NCBI GenBank assembly: GCA_965178125.1
Contig: OZ237760.1
Span: 372,001 to 436,000 of the forward strand
DNA from: Bilabrum cf. latius
Lineage: Eukaryota
Direction: 5' to 3'
DNA: 64,000 nt
Shown: piece by piece, positions 50,401-62,300 of the stretch
Position numbering within the stretch: position 1 is the stretch's first letter
How the letters are laid out: each line of letters begins with the position of its first letter
Program-made: the position numbers and the translations under genes
Notes under the pieces: model-generated
The model's database searches: none
Told to the model about the DNA's origin: nothing
The model's input: the letters and a program-made list of their open reading frames with translations, nothing else

Positions 50401-51118
50401 ACCGTCCGGGAAAATGCTCTCGTTGTCTGAATCAGAGTCCAGCAACTCGTCCATTGCGGCGGGCTGAAACGCGCCGGCGGGCTGCTCTGCGAGGTCAGAG
50501 GCGGGCACTCGCGACTCGAGCAGCGGCCGCAGCGCTCCTCCCGCATCTTTCCTCGCCGCGCGTCGAATGTGCACGAGCCGCAGCCTAGTCTTCCCGTGCT
50601 TCGTGTGGAAGTAATACCTTGGGGCGTTTCCTCTCGACCACAGCGTCGCTAGTAGCAGTAGACCCACCCATGGAGCCATGACAACAACCACCGGCAGCTC
50701 CTGGGCCTCGTCCGGCTGCGCTGCCAGGAACTGGCTGAGAAATGACAGCGTCACGCCAAAATGAACCGAGATGATAATGGTTGCGGCAATGTGGGCTGGC
50801 ACAGATCCTATTTCACGCGCCCAAAACCGGACATAGAGGGGGAAAAGGAGACACCGAATGCATAGTGCGGTTTGAACGGTCTCTGAGCCTTCCACTGTCG
50901 GCTGGAACGAACTTCCGGACAGGTCATCCAGATCAACAGGCCTGCGGAATAATTGGGAAGAGGAAGTCTAGTCATTTTTGAATTCGGGCCTGCGTAAGTA
51001 TGCCGATATGGGCTACCGCTGCTTCGCACCTTGGAGCAGTATAGAGGCGCGCTCCATCGAAGCGTGCATGCCTCATATCTACAGGACCAAAATCCGGTGA
51101 CATCATAGGGTCGCCCAT
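47500..51118 (-). CDS. PHTF: PHTF-family membrane protein
   Basis: PVDLDDLSGSSF, VPHFRLHKMPHVLMWLNLRGLLRKRGTRRDVD, EQINLYLRMLRRPEKKEEL...VLKLATSLLKDMD and VILSALS(TAG)QLTRLFGLKLQLHRIK. Intron 50942-51029. TAG at 49396 and 47554. Alternative ATGs at 51226 and 51304. Confidence 0.88.
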
Positions 51119-51224
51119 TGTAGAACGTCCTTTAAGGATGCGCCTTTGAAGGCCCCCTGGTCGGAGTAGCGTGCGAAGATCGACCAACGAATACAATTTA
51201 GATATATTTGCGCATACTGTCTCC

Positions 51225-54200
51225 ATGATTGGCCCGGTTGTTGCTTTGGCGCTGCTCCGGCCTTTAAATATATCTATAAACCATCTCGATCCCGTCCATT
51301 TCATCTCTGGATCGTAGACTGACGGCGCGCGAGGCTTGCGTGTTGCGTATGGCTTCGGCAGTGCAAGTGCACACGTACAGCCCTGTGGGGCGCAAGTGAA
51401 ATTGCGTCATGGTGATTCTGTGATTACATGCGAGGCTATGACTGCCTCGTATTGGGCAGACGTCGATTGTGGAGCGAATGAGTTCCCGGGCTCCGCGCTG
51501 GAAGTGCAACTGCGAGCTCTCGTCGTGCATCGCGCTGCTGGAAAGGCCAGCCGGGCTGATCTGAACAAACTGTGCTCAATTTCAGAAGGAGCAGTTTGGA
51601 CTGGGTGGTCTTCTCCGTACTCCGTCGTCCTGGCAGCCCCGGCTGCACGCGAGGAGGCAAGCGTTGCTTGGATTGCCGGAACCTCCCAGCAAGGAAACAC
51701 GGACCACACAGCTGGCGGCTTGCTGCGTATTCCCATTCATCTCCCTAGCCTTCTGCAGCATGCCAAGCACGCGGCAATTCAGGCAGCCAGCCTCCGCAAC
51801 TGGTCCGCGGGTGCAGCAGCGACGACCGCCGCGCCAGCTTCAGCCGTCCTGCGGGTCACCACCCCAGCCTACGCAGAGATCCACCTCGGAATGCCCTCAC
51901 TGCTATCACCAAATGAAAGGGTTCATCACTCTGGCACCAGTACGTGTTAGCAAGCCATGGACAGGGGCAGCTCCAAGCTCGGTCTGCAGTCCGCCCTGTG
52001 GAGCCCTTCGCAGTTCGAGATATCCGTGTATCAGAAAGCATTCGACCTCTCTCCATGCGTGATGAGTGCGCGTACCGAGATGAGCGGCGGTTCCGTTGGC
52101 CTGAATGCGTCTTCGAATGTCACTGCTGTGGTTGGCGTGGCTATGGGACGCGGCTACTGGTCACACTTTGAATACGGCGAGCCGCGAGTGGCTGTTTCCA
52201 TGAGCGTGGGTGTCAACCTCGTTGCCCAGAGGGCGTCAAAACCAGGGGACAGGGATGCAGGTCAGGTCAATGGCAGCTTGGGTGACGCCCAGTCAGCAGT
52301 CGCGACCGTTAGCTTTGACCTCGGGGCGCTCGGCCTCGCCGGCACTTCCGGTGGATCGGCCGTGGTATCGCTGCACTCCATAGACAGCGATGGGAGATTG
52401 ACAACCGACCCCCGTGCGCCGCACAATCCCGTCCTAGTTGACTTGCCGTCGCCGTCGCCCGAGTGGCCCGCCATCGTAGCCAGCCACGACATGACAGACC
52501 AAGGCCAGGACCAGGACACGAGGAGTAATGGCATGCAGTTTCACGCCGGTTGGATCACTTCCAACGACATGTACTGGGGAGAAGAGGCGGACGGGCGGCT
52601 GCTCGTGTCCAAGGGAATCGCGAATTGGACCAGTCCCGAGTACTTGCCCAGCCCAGCAGACGGGTGGCAGCCGGCACGCGAGGCGCAGGACGGGGCGGGC
52701 GGGCCGCCTGGTGCTCCAATGCCTCTGGACATGCCTTCGATCGCCTCAGGCGTTGACGGTACCGTCGAGCCCATCGCGAACTGGAGTGCCCAATCACCGG
52801 ATGGCTAGCGCTCATCGACAGTTTTCGATTTCGGAGCGAACCTGGGCGGGTGGACGAGGCTGGTGGTATCTGGGCCAGCAGGGGCGTGGGTGCGCGTGGG
52901 TCATGCAGAGCGAGTGCACGGAGGCGGTTTCCGGTCTGATGATGCCAGGGGGTCGTCGTCATCTACTGCTGCGGCTCGGGGTGGTCTTGCAAATCAGTAC
53001 GATTGCTTCAGACCGTACTCCAGGGTGTGCGTGAACCAGACCAACACCTACACCCTAGCAGGAACTGCTGTGTGTGCCGCCGGGGACCCGCTGGCCTGCG
53101 ATGAGGCGTCGGTCTACCCATTCCCCGTTGAAATTTACGAGCCTCGATTCGCCTTTGCGGGGTTCCAGTTTGCTCAGGTGGAGCTCGGGGGCGGGGCACG
53201 GCTACATGCCATCCACGGAATCCGAGTCCGCACCCAGATGCATCACGCCGTGCTGCCGCACACGTCAGACCCCAACTCGCAGGCAATCATCGACATGGTA
53301 GTGCGCACGTATGACGCCAATATGGTCGGGCTGCAGCTGAGCTGTCCGCAGCGCGAAAAGTTCGGCTGGACTGCGTGAGACGAGGAAATGATGTGTCGTG
53401 AAGCTTCCGATTGCCACCGTGTCTGCGCCGTAGTCGTTGAGCTCCAACCGCTTTGGCTTAATTCATTTGGTGCCACGTTGCTCCCGCTGAGTTGGCTTTG
53501 CTCTTTACTCGCGTGCCTCGCAGAGAGTGAGTTGACCGTCCCGAGCCCTCCGAGCATGCCACAGTGTGCAGCATCGCGATCGGATCAAGATGGCCAGTTT
53601 CAGTTGCTCTTGCTGCCGCTCGTCAAGCTACTTCCTACACGATCTCTTGCCTTTCCCCTCCTAGTTCGCAGCACCTTCCTGGTGATGCCATCCGTGATGC
53701 AGGTGTACGGCGACTCCTCTGTCCCTTTCTTCCAGAACTACTACAAGAGGATCCTCGACACGCGCACCATGGCCAAGAGAGGCATCGTGCCTGTGGGCAC
53801 GCAGTACGAATCGAGCACGATCACGCCGGTTGTTCACGGCAGCATCGCCAACGGATCAATCCCGGAGACCATACCACACATCCAGTTCCAGATCGATCCT
53901 TCCCCCAAGTGGCCCTCTCACAACGGCAGCTGGCCCGGCGACCCCGGCGGCTGGACTCCCGTGTTGCCCATCACTGCCAGGCACGTCGTGAGGCAGGACC
54001 CGGTTCTGGGACCCAAACTGGTTTGCGAGCCAGATTCGATCCAGGCTATCCTAGGCTACCTGGACTTTATCTACGTCACGTACGTCAACAGGACGGCTGG
54101 AGTCAGCATCGCAGCGAACCGAGGGGACTGGTCGTCACCCGTGCACCCAGGCATCACCAAAGCATTCACGGGGCCGGTCATCGGTGCCACGTACTACGTC

Positions 54201-55463
54201 CGCTCTCTCCGCAGCGGGGCAGTAGTGGCCGAGGCATGCGGCATGAATACCCTCGCCGAGCAGTTGCGTCGCAACGCGAGCGCAGCCAGGGCGGGCATGG
54301 ACGAGCTTACCTTCAACCAGAGCAGGCAGGCGTACTGGAACTACCCGGAGTACGACCAAACCAACAACGCGCTGCCCCTGTGGCTAGACTTCATTGACCC
54401 GGACAGGCCATCGGCGCGAGAGAAAGGTGCCAGCCCATCCCACCACGCTCGCGAGCTGGTGACACCGACAGATGGGGCCCACGCCAGTGCGGCCGCCGCG
54501 GCACTCCGCTAGGCAATCGGTGAGGCAGGGGAGCACCTGAGCACTGGCCTCTTTGGCTCTGCTGCCCTCTTGCCTGTTGTAGGGAGTGTGCTGGGAAACA
54601 CGTCCCTGGCTCACACCATGCTGACGTAGGAGTCGAAGCCGTCGTGGTACGCGTTCCTGGCAGCTGACCCGGGGTCTACCCTATGGGAGACGTGGGACGG
54701 TGCGGGCAACGGCACTGGCCCCACCCTGACCAACAGCCTCAACCACCCGATGTTCGGCGTGGTGCTCGATTACCTCCTGCCCCAGTATGCGGGTGCAGTG
54801 CACGACAGAGACCCTGTATCCGGAGCACCTAGGATACTGCTGCGCCCGCGCCGAGGCATGAAGGCCTTGGCTGCTGCAAGGGGGACCCGGGAGGATAAAG
54901 CAAGCATCGGGCGTGAAGTGGGCAGCGCTTCGTCCAGCTCACACGCAGCCAAGGGCGCGCTACGGTGCTCCAGTGCAGCCTGCAGGGCGTGCTCAAGGGT
55001 GACGAGTGCGCTGCCCGCCGCGGACCGTGGCTCAGTTGAGTGTTTCGGCTCCGAGTTCCTCCACGAGGGCGGGCACACATCAACGGCGGTAGTCGTGGCT
55101 CTTGTAGAGGAGGAAACAGGGGAAGAATAGACGAGGGGGCCTGGTACCGATGCCGTGCCGCTCGGCCTTGACTGCCAACTCATGGAAGGTCCCAGTAGTG
55201 AGGAAGAGGGCGGTGTTTCACAATCGCCTCCGTGGAGCCTCCGTGTTGTGCGTGGCAGCAGTGCGCACCATCAGGCGGGTAGTGGGGGGGGTCCCTCTGA
55301 TGTGGTTGCGTGTGCGTTCGTCACCACGCCGGCTGGCGTACAAGTTGAAGTTGATGATCGCACGCTTGGCCAAGGAAGAGAGCTGCAGTCTGTGGGTGCC
55401 GAGTGGGGCACATACAGTGGCGTGCTTCGTTTTGGCGAGCAGACGGCGTCTATTTCTGAATGA
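51225..55463 (+). CDS. GH78 alpha-L-rhamnosidase-like glycoside hydrolase
   Basis: VFDFGANLGGW, YEPRFAFAGFQF, CPQREKFGWTAD, RGDW, HLSTGLFG, MLT(TAG)ESKPSW, TLWETWD and NSLNHPMFG. Introns 53375-53523 and 53527-53671 flank a 3-nt exon. Six TAG. Ends TGA. Confidence 0.88.
53524..53526 (+). other. Putative 3-nt micro-exon (AGA) of the GH78 gene
   Basis: The context is ...CCTCGCAG|AGA|GTGAGT.... Inclusion converts GWTA-TF into GWTADTF. Confidence 0.7.
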
Positions 55464-56116
55464 ACTTCGGGAAATTATTCTGTTTTGCCAGGTTTGCCAG
55501 CCTGGTTGGTACAGAAATACAGAAATACATTGTTGGGTAAGATTCCGTAAGCACCCAGATGCACCGTCGCCCCCGAAGGGGTTTGGGTGATCACCTAGAT
55601 CCAGAGGAGCCCTAAAACAAGGACTACAAGACCCTCGACCCTTTCAGGCCAAAGGCCCCCCGTTCTCAGCCTATGCCGCCGAGTTCCCATTCTTCGCCAT
55701 CAGTGTGGTCCCACACAGGCCCCAGCCTGTTGCCTTCACAAGGAGAAAGCATACAGGTGCGGAGCGTGTGCCCGGCACAAGGCGCGGTCCAGTCCCACAT
55801 CGGGGTCCCCAGTCGAGACCCACCATGTCCTCCTCCATGACCGTCTCTGCGTCTCACGATCCTTCAGAGAGGCGAGCATGCACGCGCTCATGCCTTTGGC
55901 CCATTGCCTCTCTATATCCTTTAGCAAGCCATGGGGCTTGAAAATCCGCCGCTGTAGTCGGGCGTTCGCATTGGTTGCCGCTATCAGCTCCTGCGTGGCC
56001 GTGGCGGCTAGGGCAGCCGCCGCATCACCACGGTTGGTTGCGATCGCATTGTTGCGTTCACATTTAATCGCTTTTCGCCAGTATCGAGAATGGACCCATA
56101 GAATCACAATTGCAAG

Positions 56117-59100
56117 ATGGAGAGAGTATCTAAACTGCAGGTAAATCCACCTACGATTGTGGTCGACAAAATTCAGCGATGCGCTACGCTCGCTGAGGTC
56201 GTCGTGCTACCGAATCCAAAAGACAAGGACATCGTATCGGGATTGAAGCAAGGCCGCTACGAAATGGAGGCTCGCGTGCAAATTGCCATTGCTGGTGCCA
56301 AAGGATGGGTATGGAGCGATGCTGACAAATAGGTGTTCGCGAAGCTGCATGACTGTGATCGAAAGCTTCTCGCAACGACGGACACAGCGGCACGGGCCCG
56401 AGAAATCATCCTGCAACGAGCTGTCGGCGTGCATGCAACCAAGACGGACCAGGCCATATATGCTGCTATATCACCATCCATCCACCGCGGCGAGATGCAC
56501 ACTTCGTCGTCGTCGGGCTCGCCAGCGGCGGCGCAAGGCGGAGCTGCGGGAGCCGAACCAGGTGCAAGCACCCCCTCGCCTGAAGGCGCCACCGAAGACG
56601 AATGGTGGCCGGCTGAGTGTAAGTTTGCAGTTTAATGTGTCTGCACGCCATGATGTATCAGCACGGGCATCTGAAATCGATTGGCTTGCCTTTGTCCAGT
56701 TTGCGAAAACACGTTTCACCAGCTTCACATTCTTTCCCTTGCCCGAGTAGTCAACCCCGACAACCCGAAGGAGTCCCCGCTGGAATGTAGAGTCGTGTTC
56801 CGTAACCTAGATGACTCCAGGGGCGCCCCTGAGACGTGCCGCGCGTGGATCCGCGTCCGCAAGGCCTCGCTCGGCTCGAGGCCGTGCTCGCCCTGGGCCT
56901 ACAGCGAGCCCTGCGAGCCTGTCCCGATCAAGGTGTCAGACGCGAGCGAAGACGTAAATCTCCTGCTTGACCGAGACAGAAAGGCCAGAAACCGCTACGC
57001 GAAGCGCCTGCGGATCGCCCGCAGCGCGTGCATCGTCGAGCTGGAGCGCTCCGCTAGCAGCAAGTGTGAAGTCCTGTTGAGGAGGATCAAGCGGCTTGAG
57101 GGTGACTTGGAGGACGCGCTTGCTGCCAGCAATGGCGCGGGCGGCGGGTCTGCTCCTGTATCATTGGAAGCCTCTGGGTCCACAAAGCCTTCCCAGCCTG
57201 CCGGCTCGGGTGCGAGTGCTGGCACCGATGCCCCCCCTGCGGTGGAACGGCAGACTTCCCACGAGAGGGCCTCGGACCACACCGACAAGCTGACGGCCGA
57301 GCTCAGCTCCACCAAGAGGGCGCTGGAGGACGCCGAGGCAACTAGGGCGAGAGAGAGGGACGAGAGGGCCAGGATGGAGGAGGACATCCGGAAGCTGGAG
57401 GCGAAGCTTAAGGAGCAGCAGGAGCAGGCCGCCCAGGGGGCGAGCGAGGCCTCAGAGGCAACGATCGCCGACCTCACCACCCAACGGGATGAATTCAAGC
57501 AGCGACTGGATGAGGAGAAAGCAAAGACAGACGACCTGCAGTCGAAGCTAGAAGCGAGCAGCGCTGAAGTGTCGGGTCTGCAGGAGGCCAAGGGTGCGGC
57601 GGAGGAAGAGATCCGCAGTCTCAAGACGGACAGAGGCACTCTGCAATCCAGCCTGGACGGTGCCGAGGCCGAAAATACCCGCCTCACTCGTGCGATGCAG
57701 CAGGCCAAAGAGCAAGCTGCCAACGACCTCCACAAAGCCCAGGCCGATGCCCAAGCAAAGCAGGTAGCTGCTGAGGACCTGCAAAAGCAGATGGACAGTA
57801 TCAAGGCTGAGCTAGACAAGGCATTAATCGATGCCAGTGCCGCCATCTCTAGCTCCACCAAGACCAAAGAGTAGCTGCAGGCTGCAGAGAAGGCAGCAGA
57901 CGAGGCTCGTAGCAGCCTGGCCCAGGCACAAGCGGACCTGCAGGCGATTACTAGGCGTGCAACCCACGCTGAGAGTTCGCTTGACGCGGAAAAGAGCGCC
58001 AAACAGAAGGTAAAAAGCGATTTGGAAGAGCTGCGCTCCCTCCACGAGCGGGTGGGCGCGGAGCTGGCTGACATGCAGCGGCAGGCCAGCGGTGGGGATG
58101 AGGTCGTGAGAAAGCTGCAAGAGGAGAAAGAAGCAGCATCGAAGCAGCGGAACGATGAGCGCGCTGCCGTGCAAGCCGCCTAGGAAACCATCCGCAAGCT
58201 GTCCGACGAACTAGATGCGACCAAGGCCGAGCTTACCCAGGCCAACACAAGGGCCGAGGCGAACGCCCGCGAAACCGAAGAGCAAGCCAGCCAGCTCCAG
58301 GCTATGGTTGCTGAGCTGGACCAGCAGAAGCAGTCATGCACTGGTCTCACAGCGTCCCTTGCGCGTGCGCAGTCTGAGCACAAGGCTGCGACCAAGCGAC
58401 ACAACGAGAGGGTCGCTGCGATTCGCTAGACTCATGATGTCGAGCTTGAGGCAGCGAGGAAGCGGCTCCATGACCTCATGCAGGAGAAGAACGACGCGGA
58501 AGACGCGCATGCTGTCGAGGTGCGCAGCCTCAAGTCCCAGCTGGACCAAGGCACCGAGGCTGTGGCCCAGCTCGAAATTTAGAGGTCGGACCTGATCGCT
58601 GCCAAGGCAGAGATCGAGACGCTCACGACCCAGCTGAATGCCGCCCGGCAGGCGCACAGAGACGCGGGGCAATCGGAGCGTGATCTGGCTGAGGAGGTGG
58701 CTCGGCTGCGGGAGGCCAAGAGAGCGGTCGATGCCAGGGCAGCTCTTCTGGAGCAGCAGCTCAATGGTGCTGTTACCAAGCAGCACCAGGCCGAGGATGA
58801 GCTGAGATCCACCATGGCAGCATACAAGCGCGATCAAGACCGGGTGTTGGGAGATGTGGCTGCCTGCGAGCAGGCCATCCGAGGCAACCAGTATGACCTG
58901 GGCAAGTGCGTGGACACTCTCTTTGCTGCTGTGCTGTAGGCGGAAGGCGACGCGGCATCTGGTCCCGAGGTGCCTCGTCTGGCCAAGGGAGCACTGCCTC
59001 ACGGCAAGTCGCCAGTGGTTGCGTTGCGCGAGCTGGTTGGCGCCATGCAGGACACTACCTCGGTGCTCTCGAACAGGTGCGATGAGGTGGCCGCGCTGGT

Positions 59101-59239
59101 CCAGGAGAAGGCATCGGGAGTCAACCAGAGGGATGAGGCGATTAGGCAGCTTCGAGAGCAGCTGAATGCCCGCATCGCGACGGAGACGGGGTATCGGTTG
59201 GAGTTGGATCGGCTGAGGGGTGAAATGGGTGGGCGATGA
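56117..59239 (+). CDS. Long coiled-coil protein of unknown function
   Basis: Intron 56619-56750. TAG at 56330, 57872, 58181, 58427, 58580 and 58937 lie within continuous E/A/Q/K/L heptad-like sequence. Ends TGA. Confidence 0.75.
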
Positions 59240-59371
59240 TGCCGATCGCCAGGAATCCCTGTCTAGCCTTGCAAATTACAAGCTCTACGGTGTTTATTGT
59301 TCCGATTTTACGCATTTGGATCGCAACGGCAAGAGACCCCAACTCTACTGGGCCACCGTTTCCCCTCGTGG

Positions 59372-62300
59372 TCACCAGCCAGGATCCGAGTAATCGCCAT
59401 ACTCGTCCTCCTCGTCAAACCCAAAGCCGCAATCGTCAGGATCGAAACCAAACCCTGCCCGGAACCAGCGTGACCCGCTGCCGGCACCGCCCCGTGCAGA
59501 CCCACCACCAGCCCTGCTGCGGGATGCCTTCTTCCTCTGCATCGCACGCAGCTCCCGCTCGTACTCTGACCGCAGTGAGGGCGTGGTGAGCACAGAATAT
59601 GCCGTCTGTAGCCGCTGGAATGCCTCCTTGGTGCCGCCCTTGTCCGGGTGCAGCCGCAGCGCCAGCTTGTGGTAGGACTTTCGGATCTCGGAGGCGGTCG
59701 ACGCACTCGTCACACCAATCACCTCAAAGTGGTTCACGAAGGCAGCTTCCTCTGCGGCTGCCTCTGCCTCCCTGCGCTATCGCTCCTGCTCTCTCCTCCG
59801 CGCCTCCGCCTCTTTCCTCCTCCTCGCCTCCTCTGCCCTGCGCCTCCGCGCCTCTTCCTGCCGCTTGGCCTCCTGCCTGGCTCTCTCTCGCCGCATCTTG
59901 CGCTCTCTCTCCTCTTCCGCCGCCTTTTCCTACCTGGTCCTGCGTATGTCGTCCCGCAGCGCCCGAATCGAGGACTGGCTCCAGGACCCAGCAATCGTGG
60001 GTATCAAATCGGTGCACGACACCTGCACCTCATCGTTGGATTCTGCAAAGGAGCTCGCAGCTACCGCGTGCAGGTGGATAGGCACTCCGAACACGAGGGT
60101 GTCGCCGGGCACGCCGTACCTCCGCAGCACCGTGCCGTCCAGATCGAGGGCGCTGCGGATGTCGCCCATCGTCTCCAGCTCCCTGCACTCGATCACGGCT
60201 CGCATCAATTTCATCGCTCTCTCAAGACTATCTATCGCCTGGTCGTACCTGTTGAGGCCGCATAACGCCTTGCCTTCCAGCAAATATTGCTTGGCCCAAC
60301 CAAACCCGTGCTCAACTTCGTCCAAATCGTCCCGGGCCTTAGTATACTGCTTCAGCTTCAGGTGCACAGCGGCTCGGTCCAGATACAACCTGCTCTGGGT
60401 GTGGCTCCAAGCGTTCTCACGAAGAGCGAGCCTCATTCTCACATGCCGGGCGCGATCGATTTGTTCCGTGCACGTTGCCAGGGCGGCATTGAACTAGTTC
60501 ACAGCCGTCTTCTCGCGCACTGAGCGCTGCATACTCCTGTGCTCCTCGATCCACGCGGAGATCACTCTTGCTTCGTGGTACGGAGACTCGTACCCCAGCT
60601 AGGCTGGCCAGAACTAGGCTGCACACCCGCAGAAATCGCACGCCCTATGCTTCCTCTTGGACCGATGATCCCTCCGCAGCTCCTCGTCCCTGGGTGCTTC
60701 GTTTTCCGTGGCTCGGTAGGCCCTGCTCGCCCGGGACCGGCTGAGCCTGCTCTGCAGCAGCGACCGCAGGCCAATTTCCATCACCCTCAAGTTGACGTCG
60801 TCGCCAACCCACGAGCGGGCAGCATCAATCGAGGGAATCACAGACAGGCCATCAGACTGCCTTGACGAGGGGCTTACCCCGAAGCCACCCGAAACACCAA
60901 ACGCAGCAGATGCAGCAGCAGGATCAGCAGTGGAGGCTCCGCCCTGCGCAGCTCCGCTGCCTGACCGCAGCACTTCTTCTCGCAGCTTGCCCAGCTCCTT
61001 GATGGGCTCTCTGGGGCCTGCCCACGTTGCGTTATCCACGAGATGCGCAGAATCGATGGCATTCTTGAGCCGAGCAGGCTGCGTGAAATCTGCCGCTAGC
61101 CGGCTGTCAACCATAATTGACCACTTGGATGTGTTCTTTGCCTTGGCCACTGCGTGGCAGAAGAACCCGTCACAAGCGCAAGGCCAGCAGGAATCGACAG
61201 CCAGCCGGTCGCCTTTGCTGGCGACAGCAGCGAGCACCCTGCCAGCACCTTCGCTCATGTTGGCCTCCTGCAGCGCAATGGCTGCCTCTACGCCGAGCAC
61301 ACACTGCTCGTGGGTCTACCTTCCATCCGCGAGCGACACGTTGGTGCCTGCCCCAAGCAGCTGCGGCGGAAGCGAGCCCCACGCAGCCGCCAGCGCATGC
61401 GCTGGAGCAGTGCTTACTCGCAGTCCCCTGCACTGCAGCACTCGGTGCACCGTGCTCTGCTTCAGGAAATGCGTGGCTCTTTTGTTCCGCTTGCATCTCA
61501 CGTCCAGGAGCTCATCTGGACTAGTAATCGTCAATCTGGGACTGGTCACATCCCACAGCCCGTGTAGCCTGCGGGCAGCCACTACATTCGCAAGGTTGAA
61601 GGAGTCTTTCTGCCGCTTGTGAGACTCGGGCGGCAAGCTGCATTCCATGATCGCAGACTGAGCTACTCGAAGGTCGTTGACGTGGCTGGCTATCCCTGGG
61701 AGCGCTTGCTTCGCCTATATCTTTCGCTTCGAAGGAGCACCCCACGAGTCAGTGAGGTGCTACGAGGTCAGCATCAGAGAGGGGCAGGACACGCACCTTA
61801 GCTACTCCTTGGAAACGACGGCCTGCTCCCTCATTGCTTTGTTCTTGGCCGCAAGAGTGACGGATGGATACGGACTGTCAGCAAGCACGAGCGCCACCGC
61901 CAGCGCCGCCTCAGCATACGACCTTGCCCGATTCAACTGACCGACTTCTGCCAAGGCAAATGACATCGCGAACCATGCTTGAAATGCCCATGGGCTCACG
62001 CTCAAGGCCCGCCTGCCGACGTCTATGCACCGGGTGTACTGCTTGAGCTCCCAATGAAGCAGGCACTCGTTGACTGCCAGTTCCTGGCCAGAGATGCCCT
62101 GTTCCACAGCGCCCTGTATGCGAAGAAGGGCACTCTGAGGGGATCCTTCCTGCAGCCTGTCCTGTGCCTTGTCCAATAGCTGGCCGAGCGGGCTGCCTTG
62201 TGGGCCAGCGGCAGCTTTAAAGTCAGAGCTACTATCTGCTGCTGCACTACCGGACTTGCCAAATGGAGAGCTCCGCGGCTTCTCCCCAAACACACTAGCG

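Noticed and set aside
55600-55665. U2 snRNA or SRP RNA, based on minus-strand GGCCTTTGGC and TGTAGTCC fragments
   Set aside because: Spacing and flanks do not match the highly conserved U2 5' end, and no SRP S-domain motif is present.
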